From IMG/VR virus record IMGVR_UViG_3300037461_000748, positions 67,609 to 131,608 of that record: a stretch of DNA of 64,000 nt. One strand, written 5' to 3'. Shown piece by piece: positions 38,132 through 46,439 of this stretch (the stretch's first letter is position 1; each line of letters begins with the position of its first letter). The position numbers and the translations under genes are program-made. The notes beneath the pieces are model-generated. The model saw only the letters and a list, made by a program, of their open reading frames with translations, did no database searches and was not told the DNA's origin. Source of the stretch: a virus.

Positions 38132-39981
38132 GCAACGTTCAATACGTTACCCAAGACAGCGAATTAACCGCTGTCTTGGAGTATCTGGAGAAAAAACATA
38201 CATTAGCTCTTGATACAGAAACCAATACATTAGACCCCAGAGATGGGGATCTATTATTAGTGCAGATTGGTGATAAATTTAACCAATTTGTATTAGACGT
38301 TTTTCTATTAGGAAACTCAATTAACAAGGTTTTTGATTTAATAATTGGTCGAAAGATTACCTTAATAGCCCACAATGCAAAATTCGATTATCTAATGATT
38401 AAGGGCCACCTTGGCATAGAATTAGATAGATGGGTAGATACTATGATTGCCGAACAGTTGTTAAATCAAGGAAAAACTAAAGTTAAATTTGCATTAGACG
38501 CCCTATTAGAAAAATACATGAACATAGTCGTTAATAAGAGTCTTCAAACTAGTTTCATAGATCATAAATTTGGAGCTACCTTCTCAAATGATCAAATATT
38601 ATATGCTGCCAAGGACATAGAATATCTGATTCCACTAGATGATAAACTTCATGTAATACTAAAGAGTCGGGACATGGAGAATCTAGCAGATCTCGAATAT
38701 AGAACTATTACTGCCACAGGTGACTTAGAATATAATGGAATTTACATTAATAAAGAAAAGTGGATTGCTCTAAGAGATGAAGCTGAGAAAGAAGCCAATG
38801 AATGGAAAATTAGACTAGATACACATTTTAAAGAATTTGCACGACCAGACTTATTTGGAGAGCTCGGTATAAATTACAACTCTCCGAAGCAGATAGCCCC
38901 ATTGCTGGAAAAAATCTGTAAGATGAAAATTAAATCTACAGCTGATGCGGCTCTAAGCTTATATAGTAGCAGATTTCCAGTAATAAATGACTTATTAGAA
39001 TACCGTAAGGCTACTAAGAAAGTAACTACTTACGGAGCAAAATTCTTAAGAGACTATGTTAATAACAAAACTGGTAGAATCCATTCTACCTTTCAGCAGC
39101 TAGGAGCTGACTCTGGTAGATACGCTAGTAAAAACCCTAATATGAATAATATTCCAAGGGCCCAGGTCTATCGAACTCCATTTCAGGCACAACATGAAGA
39201 TTGGAGAATAATATCAGCAGACTTCTCTCAGCAAGAGTTAAGAATATTAGCTCATCTTAGTGAAGAACCTAAGTTCCTTGATGCCTTAAAAAAGAATCTA
39301 GATTTACATTGTTTCTCTGCAAGTTTAATCTACGACATACCATATCAAGATTTCATAGATCCTGATACCGGGGCACCATGGAAAAAAGACAAGAAAAGAC
39401 CATTTAAAGCAGAAGTCGCCGAGCACGCTCTGAAAATGATCGGGCTCCGTAACTACACTAAGGCTATTAACTTTGGAATAATATATGGCATCGGAGCTAA
39501 CAAACTAGCCAATGAATTAGGAATTACGAAAAATGAAGCTAGTCACTTGTTGAACAAGTACTTCAAGGAATTTCCAAAAATTAAAGAATTAATTGATAAA
39601 TTGGCGAGCTTCGCTGAGAAAAATAAGTACGCAGTATCTCCATTGGATAAAAGACGCAGAGATTTATCAGATTTCGATTGGGATAATCCAAAACATGCTG
39701 GGCATGCGATGAACATCGCAAAGAATTTACCTTTCCAAGGTTGCGGTGCGTCCACTACGAAGCTCTCATTAGTTAAGATTAGAAGCCAAATTAAACTTAG
39801 AGGACTACGTGCTAAAATAATAAATGTGATACACGATGAAATATTAGTTGAGGTCCATAAAGACGACGCAGAGCAAATGGCAGAAATAGTTAGAGTTAAG
39901 ATGATCGAGGCTTTCGAACACTATGCTCCACTGGCCCCTATGGAAGTAGAGGCCGTAATTGATAACCATTGGGTACACTGA
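38128..39981 (+). CDS. polA: DNA polymerase family A with 3'-5' exonuclease
   Basis: LDTET, HNAKFD, YAAKD, SGRYAS..PN, ADFSQQELR, KAINFGIIYG, IHDEI. Confidence 0.93.
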   Translation: MSNVQYVTQDSELTAVLEYLEKKHTLALDTETNTLDPRDGDLLLVQIGDKFNQFVLDVFLLGNSINKVFDLIIGRKITLIAHNAKFDYLMIKGHLGIELDRWVDTMIAEQLLNQGKTKVKFALDALLEKYMNIVVNKSLQTSFIDHKFGATFSNDQILYAAKDIEYLIPLDDKLHVILKSRDMENLADLEYRTITATGDLEYNGIYINKEKWIALRDEAEKEANEWKIRLDTHFKEFARPDLFGELGINYNSPKQIAPLLEKICKMKIKSTADAALSLYSSRFPVINDLLEYRKATKKVTTYGAKFLRDYVNNKTGRIHSTFQQLGADSGRYASKNPNMNNIPRAQVYRTPFQAQHEDWRIISADFSQQELRILAHLSEEPKFLDALKKNLDLHCFSASLIYDIPYQDFIDPDTGAPWKKDKKRPFKAEVAEHALKMIGLRNYTKAINFGIIYGIGANKLANELGITKNEASHLLNKYFKEFPKIKELIDKLASFAEKNKYAVSPLDKRRRDLSDFDWDNPKHAGHAMNIAKNLPFQGCGASTTKLSLVKIRSQIKLRGLRAKIINVIHDEILVEVHKDDAEQMAEIVRVKMIEAFEHYAPLAPMEVEAVIDNHWVH

Positions 39982-40409
39982 TGAAGTTAGAAGCGACTAT
40001 CACGGATGCTAAGATCATTGCTGAGCGTAGCGGTCTCATGCGTTTTAACCCAACTACGAGAGCTATGCATTATCCTGAGGAAGGGATATTAAAGATTGAT
40101 GCTATGGTAAGAGAAGATCCTAATATACTTAGTGACGTTTATACCAGATTTTATGCACCGGGTCATAAGATAATTCCTACTGAGTTAGCTGCTGATGAGA
40201 ATCTTATTCACATAATAGCACGACTTACCACAGTATTTCAAGATTACAAAAAAGCAGCCTTACATGGAAAACACATTCCACCAGGTATATTTGAGCCAAT
40301 ATTTCTTGGCCAAGAAAATCTAAACGGACAAGTTAAAAAGTTGTTACTGAGAATCTCTAAGACTTTAGATGAGATCAAAGATCTATTATTAAATCAAAAA
40401 TCGCAATGA
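39969..40409 (+). CDS. Hypothetical protein
   Basis: ORF track. Confidence 0.5.
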   Translation: MGTLMKLEATITDAKIIAERSGLMRFNPTTRAMHYPEEGILKIDAMVREDPNILSDVYTRFYAPGHKIIPTELAADENLIHIIARLTTVFQDYKKAALHGKHIPPGIFEPIFLGQENLNGQVKKLLLRISKTLDEIKDLLLNQKSQ

Positions 40410-40753
40410 ATGAAGTAATTGATCCTGTAAAATTCTGTGAAGAAAAATATCCAGAAATGATGAAGGCTTACAGGGAAATTCAAGAGGCTGATTACAAACT
40501 TTTTTGTAAAAAGCAAATGGACTATGGCCCTGGAAACATTTCGATGGGAACATCGTTAGAGACTGAAGCCGATGTATTTTTCAGTTTATCTGCGTTAAAT
40601 ATTCGAATGAATGATAAGATGCAGCGACTATTAAATCTTATTAATAAGCATCGAAGGCTTCCTCAAAATGAGCCCATTGAAGATGCTTACTTAGATTTAT
40701 CAGTGTACGGAACTATTGCCAGAATTGTACAATCTAACAAGTGGGGTAAATAG
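40406..40753 (+). CDS. DUF1599-like nucleotide-modification-associated protein
   Basis: KQMDYG, IRMNDKMQRL, EPIEDAYLDLSVYG. Confidence 0.75.
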   Translation: MNEVIDPVKFCEEKYPEMMKAYREIQEADYKLFCKKQMDYGPGNISMGTSLETEADVFFSLSALNIRMNDKMQRLLNLINKHRRLPQNEPIEDAYLDLSVYGTIARIVQSNKWGK

Positions 40754-40932
40754 TGAATAAAGAGATTATGAGGAAAGCGGGATTCGATAAACAAGTAGAC
40801 CTCGTAGAAAATGGAAAATGTCCGCTTTGTGGAGAGGACATTAACATGGAATCTTTTAAAGATGACGTCTCGATAAAAGAATTTAAGATCTCTGGCATAT
40901 GTCAAAAATGCCAGGATTCTATATTTGGATAA
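40753..40932 (+). CDS. Small Zn-finger protein (59 aa, below track cut-off)
   Basis: GTG start; MNKEIMRKAGF..CPLCG..FKDDVSIKEFKISGICQKCQDSIFG. Confidence 0.7.
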   Translation: MNKEIMRKAGFDKQVDLVENGKCPLCGEDINMESFKDDVSIKEFKISGICQKCQDSIFG

Positions 40933-40937
40933 TAAGG

Positions 40938-40970
40938 ATGGGGAGCCATCATTGACTCCCCCATTTTTTT
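40938..40970 (+). terminator. Rho-independent terminator
   Basis: GGGGAG...CTCCCC followed by a T-run. Confidence 0.7.
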
Positions 40971-40986
40971 ACATTAAGAGTTTGCC

Positions 40987-41000
40987 TTTGGTATAAGAAT
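40987..41000 (+). promoter_or_regulatory. TTTGGTATAAGAAT motif, copy 2
   Basis: Identical to 5619-5632; 41 nt upstream of ORF 41042. Confidence 0.55.
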
Positions 41001-41041
41001 AATACATACAGAGAACACTTAATTTTGTAAAGGAAAGTATC

Positions 41042-41425
41042 ATGAGAGATTGTGTCGACGTGTTTGATTATCTTTCAAAGACTCATTCTGAAAGACTGCC
41101 ACTAACCCCCGCTGCGCCTACTCCCAAAAGATTAGATCCAGCTTTATTTCACGATGCGTTAATAGCGAACAGCATAGTTCTCGACGAGGATCTGTGGTCA
41201 GACTCCTTTAATAGAGACTTGTTAAGAGTATTAAATACTTTACATGAAAGAGAGAAATTCGTAATCATTCGATCCTTCGGTGTACTCGGCTATGACGCAA
41301 AAACTTTGTCACAGATAGGGAAAGAATTGAACCGCACCAGTCAAAGGGTAAGCCAAATAAAGAGAAAGGCGTTAAGAAAGTTGCGTGTTGAGCGTAGGAA
41401 GAGAGTATTAAAGCAGTATCTATAA
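41042..41425 (+). CDS. Stand-alone sigma70 region-4 protein
   Basis: LHEREKFVIIRSFG..KTLSQIGKELNRTSQRVSQIKRKALRKLR. Confidence 0.8.
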   Translation: MRDCVDVFDYLSKTHSERLPLTPAAPTPKRLDPALFHDALIANSIVLDEDLWSDSFNRDLLRVLNTLHEREKFVIIRSFGVLGYDAKTLSQIGKELNRTSQRVSQIKRKALRKLRVERRKRVLKQYL

Positions 41426-41426
41426 G

Positions 41427-41458
41427 AAAATGGGAGGTCAGTCAACCTCCCATTTTTT
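41427..41458. terminator. Bidirectional terminator between convergent blocks
   Basis: AAAATGGGAGG-tcagtcaa-CCTCCCATTTTTT. Confidence 0.8.
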
Positions 41459-41468
41459 ACATTAAGAA

Positions 41469-42203
41469 TTACACAGCCCCACTAAGTTTCACTGGACGAA
41501 CTCTTGTAGCTCTGATAGCAACATTCTCTAAAAGAATAGTTTGCTGAGCTGAGATGCCAATGTTATAAGAGGCAATGTAACATTTTTCTAAATATATTCC
41601 ACCGTAAAACTCAGACTCTGTATCCAAAAATATAAATCCGAGTCCAAGGGGTTTATTAAAAACGGATGAACCTAAGTTTCCCCAGAATGCTCCGATCTCA
41701 GCAGTTTCCTGATTGATTACAGTATAACCGTTGATGTCATTGGTATTTGCAGGATATTCCTTAGTAGGATCTCCAGCAGAACCTTTAGCAACATTGGGAA
41801 TGTATAATTCATCTGTATTTTCCGAATTGTAATATGTTGAAATAGCAAATAACAATGATGGTCCATCAAACAAGATTCTTGCAATGTTCGCCTGTGCGTA
41901 TGTACGCCCTGGAATTGTGAACATTTGACGGGAACCAACTTCATTTAGTTGTTGAATTTGCTTATTCTGAGCAATGCTTGCATTTTGTACTAATCCGACT
42001 GGAATTAAGGCATCATCGGGAATGTCTGCACCAACTGCTTGTCCAGCTGCTGCTGGGGTTGTATATTCAGGTGGTCCTGACACAAGCAACGTGCTTTCTG
42101 AAGAGACAAAATCATAAGTGCTATTAAGATCTTGCACATTTTTGTCTTTCCATTGTTCTATCCATTCGGAGTACTTTCTCGAAAACTTGTTATTTATAGC
42201 CAT
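41469..42203 (-). CDS. Tail tube protein
   Basis: Follows sheath; PVGLVQN..Q.K..QQLNEVGS..PGR..I.RILFDG; YLEKCYI. Confidence 0.65.
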   Translation of the reverse strand: MAINNKFSRKYSEWIEQWKDKNVQDLNSTYDFVSSESTLLVSGPPEYTTPAAAGQAVGADIPDDALIPVGLVQNASIAQNKQIQQLNEVGSRQMFTIPGRTYAQANIARILFDGPSLLFAISTYYNSENTDELYIPNVAKGSAGDPTKEYPANTNDINGYTVINQETAEIGAFWGNLGSSVFNKPLGLGFIFLDTESEFYGGIYLEKCYIASYNIGISAQQTILLENVAIRATRVRPVKLSGAV

Positions 42204-42218
42204 TCGTTATCGTCCTCC

Positions 42219-43805
42219 TTAGAATACCAATGTTATTCTGATATAATTAACTGGATAGAGAGGTAAAAGGTCAACCTCACATTCTACCGTATCTGGATTC
42301 AATTCGCTCTGTGCTATGGATGCTACAGAGAATCCATTTAAGATTCCAGCAGTAATTAGATTTTCTCCGATTCCTCTAAGAATCGTGTCAACTAATGATA
42401 AGAACTTTGTATCAATTACATATCTACCGATGTAGGGTGCTAATACACGTCTAATGTATTTAGCTGCATAATCGATAGCAGTAGTGATACTTAATTCTCT
42501 TAACGCAATGCTTAATACATTGGTACTTTGTTGATGTCTACATACAACCGGAGAAGTTTGAGATCTCTGAGTCATAATGTAGTATCCGCCTTCAGCAATT
42601 GTATTAAGCTGAGCCTCCGTGAAATAGTCCCATGATCCATAGGTTTTATCAACTCCTGAAATTGGCACATTTGTCAATGGCTGTTCAGGACTCTTACCTA
42701 CTACTTGTCCCGCTACCGCTGCATCAAAATAAAATCCTGGTACAGGTGATAATACTGTTAATTGATGATAACCAGCATCCACCAGCGCCTGCCATCTTGC
42801 TGCGGTAATAACTTCACCCTTCTTATATCTTGTGCTTCCAACTTTCATATCAGCTGCAAATTTGCATTGAAAGTAAGTCGTATCAGAGTTAGTAGTGTAA
42901 GTACTAAAACTATTTTCTATCCACGTAGGACTAATCGTTGAAATATGTCTCGTCTCTTCCACGTATCCCCAATCTGGGAAGGTCATGAACAGCCGCTTTT
43001 CTTGATAAGCAGCCGCAACGTCTTTAATGCCTGATGCCGTCGTTGACTTCTGTGCGTTGGTCTCAGCATGGACATTTCCTGTCCAGGCAGGGATAACTCT
43101 ATTAACTACGGTAATTCTCTCCTTCTTATTAGCTGCTAACGACATTGTATTAACATGCGCTAGCGCATTGGCTAAGATGCTATTGTTATGTGACATAAAT
43201 GCAATAACATATACATCTTGCATTTCCAATGCAGAAATAGCTTCTGTATATTGAGCTGTAGACTCAGCATCGATACCATAGGTATAAATTGCTAAGCTGT
43301 GTTGTTGCTGTGCAACTTTAGCTCCATAAGCAAGAGGATTCCATGTAACAGGTTCTCCAATTAAAGCCCTGATATCTGCAATTGATGTCATTTCTTTAAA
43401 ACCTTCAGATTCAGGTTTATCAGCAAGATATCCGACTCTAATAGTAACTCCAGAGGCAGTGAAGGTAGGATCAGCTAGAATTGTAACCTGGTTGTTATTA
43501 ACAGTATAATCTGTATTATACACTAAGTGATGAATAGTGTCAACAGACTCAACTAGGTCTACAACTACTAAGCTTTCTTCTCCAGAAACATTGTAATATG
43601 TGCTATCGATGCCACTTAAGTGGAAAGTAACCTCACTACCATCATAAGTAGCGATGCTAGTAGCCAGGAAGGAGTCATCGTCCAATGGATCAATCCAATG
43701 GAACCCCTTACCGACAACTACGGCACTAAGTTCTGGAGATATAAAAACGGGAGTTTGAGAGCGTTGCTCTTGTGTTATTTCAACACCTGGCTTACTATAT
43801 GCCAT
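42219..43805 (-). CDS. Contractile tail sheath protein
   Basis: MAYSKPGVEITQE N-terminus; EQPLTN, RELSI, PLYPVNYIRITLVF C-terminus. Confidence 0.85.
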   Translation of the reverse strand: MAYSKPGVEITQEQRSQTPVFISPELSAVVVGKGFHWIDPLDDDSFLATSIATYDGSEVTFHLSGIDSTYYNVSGEESLVVVDLVESVDTIHHLVYNTDYTVNNNQVTILADPTFTASGVTIRVGYLADKPESEGFKEMTSIADIRALIGEPVTWNPLAYGAKVAQQQHSLAIYTYGIDAESTAQYTEAISALEMQDVYVIAFMSHNNSILANALAHVNTMSLAANKKERITVVNRVIPAWTGNVHAETNAQKSTTASGIKDVAAAYQEKRLFMTFPDWGYVEETRHISTISPTWIENSFSTYTTNSDTTYFQCKFAADMKVGSTRYKKGEVITAARWQALVDAGYHQLTVLSPVPGFYFDAAVAGQVVGKSPEQPLTNVPISGVDKTYGSWDYFTEAQLNTIAEGGYYIMTQRSQTSPVVCRHQQSTNVLSIALRELSITTAIDYAAKYIRRVLAPYIGRYVIDTKFLSLVDTILRGIGENLITAGILNGFSVASIAQSELNPDTVECEVDLLPLYPVNYIRITLVF

Positions 43806-43807
43806 TA

Positions 43808-44557
43808 TTAATATCCTCCACTAACTTTCTTAGTATTGTTTTTTGTTTTTAAGTAATCGTATAACGTTGAACCCGCAAAAGTAGCCCCTGGTGAAATTGT
43901 CATCGCTGTCGCTTCTCCTATGCCTAGGCCTACTCCCTTGGGAACACTTTTTTTCTTATGAGATTGATACGCATAAAATCCTAAGGCAGGGGCAGATGTA
44001 GCTACACCTGCTATCTGACCAATGGGACTTTTGCGTAATATTAACTTCTCTTTTCCTGGGGTGGATCCTACAGTTGATCCAACGATCTTCTTTGGGAAAT
44101 ATTTACCATAATAACCCTTTCCACCCTTTTCTTTGATATGCTCTGTCGTGGCTTTCGCTAAGTCGACGGTTGTATATCTAGACCCTCTTACATTCTTAGC
44201 CATCGCAGATAATAAATTTTTACTAACTTGTATTGGCGCGTGCCAACCGGCTTCAGGAACCCCCTTAGTTATTTGTTGAGTCATTTCAGCAAAGTTGCCT
44301 AATGTTTTTCTAATTGCTCTTCCAGCTCGTGTTCCAGTTTCCGTTTGAACTACTGGTTCAAAATACTTAGGCATTTTCCCAAGATTGTAAGTGAGACTCT
44401 TATGCTTAGCTACCTCTGATAGCGCCTCCTGAAATCCCTGAGTCTTATAAAGATCTCTTGCTCTTGATAATAATTGACCAGTCTGAGTCTTAGCAACTGG
44501 TTTCACAAATCTTGATAATAATGCAACCAGGTGCGGAGTCATTGCTTCTTTATTCAT
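43808..44557 (-). CDS. Basic hypothetical protein, probable virion component
   Basis: Starts MNKEA; Gly-rich hydrophobic C-terminus. Confidence 0.55.
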   Translation of the reverse strand: MNKEAMTPHLVALLSRFVKPVAKTQTGQLLSRARDLYKTQGFQEALSEVAKHKSLTYNLGKMPKYFEPVVQTETGTRAGRAIRKTLGNFAEMTQQITKGVPEAGWHAPIQVSKNLLSAMAKNVRGSRYTTVDLAKATTEHIKEKGGKGYYGKYFPKKIVGSTVGSTPGKEKLILRKSPIGQIAGVATSAPALGFYAYQSHKKKSVPKGVGLGIGEATAMTISPGATFAGSTLYDYLKTKNNTKKVSGGY

Positions 44558-45453
44558 TATTGTGTTCCTATTAATGCTGTTTGTTCAATCTCACCGTTAT
44601 CCACGTCCAAGTCAACAATGATGCCTTCTAATATTCTGTAATATCCGTATACTGATCCACCATTAGGTAGAGTGAAAATCTTAGTTTCTCCATTGCCAGT
44701 TCCTACGTTAACTTCAGTGCGAAGCTCTAAAGTAATGGCATCTACGTAAGTAACTAAAATTGCACAACCATCTTCTGGAGCTTCATAAAACTCAATCTGA
44801 GTTCCATTGTTAATTACATCAAAATCAAGACCTTCAAAGTATTCGTCACCACATACCCAAACTCTACAATTATATAAACTTTCCGATTGACCTAAGCTTT
44901 TTTGCATTAGAAACGATACATTAATTGCTACGCCAAATAATTCTGTGCCGCCATGTCGTATCAATCGTTCTTCTGATATACTCATCGATGTGAATTTGTA
45001 TATTCCGACTGTAGCAAAATCACGCTTATGCACAGTTAATGCTACGAAGAGTTTATTAGCAATGTCTTCCGCCTCTACACCTTGTTTCGCAACACAATTA
45101 TAAGTAATTGAGCCACTATATAAGTCTGTGAACTCAATTCCACGAATTCTATCATCGTTAAGCGCTGGTGTAAGCGCTCCAAATTTTACATTTCCAGTAC
45201 GATGGGGATTTATCCAACCCTGTTGTCCACGGACAGCATAGGTCCATGCCGCAGCTCCACGAGATAAAATGATGCTCGGACGTTGGACTGCAACACCAAG
45301 ATCTATGGCGAACTTATCAGCAATAATTATATTAGAAATCCTGGGATCAATGTTCCACGTAAATCTATTATGCTGTTCTCCGAAGTAAGCTTGAGCAAAA
45401 TTAAGAAAAATATACTTAATTGCTAAACTGATATTATTAGTAGAAGTAGACAT
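44557..45453 (-). CDS. Putative tail terminator/completion protein
   Basis: QRPSIILSRG, SITYNCVAK..EAEDIA; upstream of sheath (inference). Confidence 0.5.
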   Translation of the reverse strand: MSTSTNNISLAIKYIFLNFAQAYFGEQHNRFTWNIDPRISNIIIADKFAIDLGVAVQRPSIILSRGAAAWTYAVRGQQGWINPHRTGNVKFGALTPALNDDRIRGIEFTDLYSGSITYNCVAKQGVEAEDIANKLFVALTVHKRDFATVGIYKFTSMSISEERLIRHGGTELFGVAINVSFLMQKSLGQSESLYNCRVWVCGDEYFEGLDFDVINNGTQIEFYEAPEDGCAILVTYVDAITLELRTEVNVGTGNGETKIFTLPNGGSVYGYYRILEGIIVDLDVDNGEIEQTALIGTQ

Positions 45454-45458
45454 ATGTT

Positions 45459-46439
45459 TTAATTTACAATAACTACATTTTTTCTAGAAGAGAACGTAAT
45501 TGGCCCTTCTTTAAGGTACCAGTACACTACCTTAGCACTATTAGCATTAAGATATTGGGTAGAATTATTAGTAACTCTAAAACCATTATTGACGATGTCC
45601 ACTAGTTCAGATCCAATGGCACCATTTATACTAGTAAATGCGGTACCACTGCTTGCATTATCTTCTGTAGCACACGTCCTGCCTCCGGAACCTCCAGCAT
45701 TATGATTCTGTACAAGTACCCATGTTCCAGTAAATCCTACATTGATATCACGATTGCTACCATTATTACCAGTGTATCTACCACTAGTGATGTAAGACGC
45801 ATAGTCTTTTATCGCCATCCAATGATAAGTCTTTGTATTAGTATTCACCTGGCCATATGTACCAATTTGAAAAACATCAAATTGTAAAGCCTGAATCTCA
45901 TTATCATAGGTCTGAAACGACCCATTAACTAATAAACTACTGTCACCTCCGAATATAGAGGGGCGCCACACGCCTCCTACGGAATTGTCACTTGCCTGTA
46001 TCATTACGATGCCTGGTAGAAATCCAATTCCTGATATATTCCGATTATCGTTACCATCCCCTACGTATGATCCAGTGTTAATATAGCCAGCCTGCTTTTT
46101 AGCAGCAAGATAATAATAAGTTGACCCACTTGCGTTTAAAGCGGTTCCTACCTGGAATCCACCTTCTTCTAACCCTTGAATGTAATTAGATACATAATTT
46201 GACGTGAGGGCAAGAGGAAGAGAGTTATCTCCTGCAGTCATAGTATTAGTTTTCCAATACCATGAATTACCTGCACCGATGACAATTACGATGTCTGGCT
46301 GAAATCCTAATCCGCTGATACTACGGTCATCGTTATTATCACCACTATAAGTACCAGTGGTAATATAAATAGTCCCAGCAAAGGCAGTAGTAAATAAAAA
46401 TATTATGCATAAGAAAAATAAATAACAAAAGCTTCTCAT
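45459..46439 (-). CDS. Repeat beta-protein with signal peptide
   Basis: Three TG.Y.G.G..R.I..GF.P repeats; N-terminus MRSFCYLFFLCIIFLFTTAFA. Confidence 0.65.
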   Translation of the reverse strand: MRSFCYLFFLCIIFLFTTAFAGTIYITTGTYSGDNNDDRSISGLGFQPDIVIVIGAGNSWYWKTNTMTAGDNSLPLALTSNYVSNYIQGLEEGGFQVGTALNASGSTYYYLAAKKQAGYINTGSYVGDGNDNRNISGIGFLPGIVMIQASDNSVGGVWRPSIFGGDSSLLVNGSFQTYDNEIQALQFDVFQIGTYGQVNTNTKTYHWMAIKDYASYITSGRYTGNNGSNRDINVGFTGTWVLVQNHNAGGSGGRTCATEDNASSGTAFTSINGAIGSELVDIVNNGFRVTNNSTQYLNANSAKVVYWYLKEGPITFSSRKNVVIVN

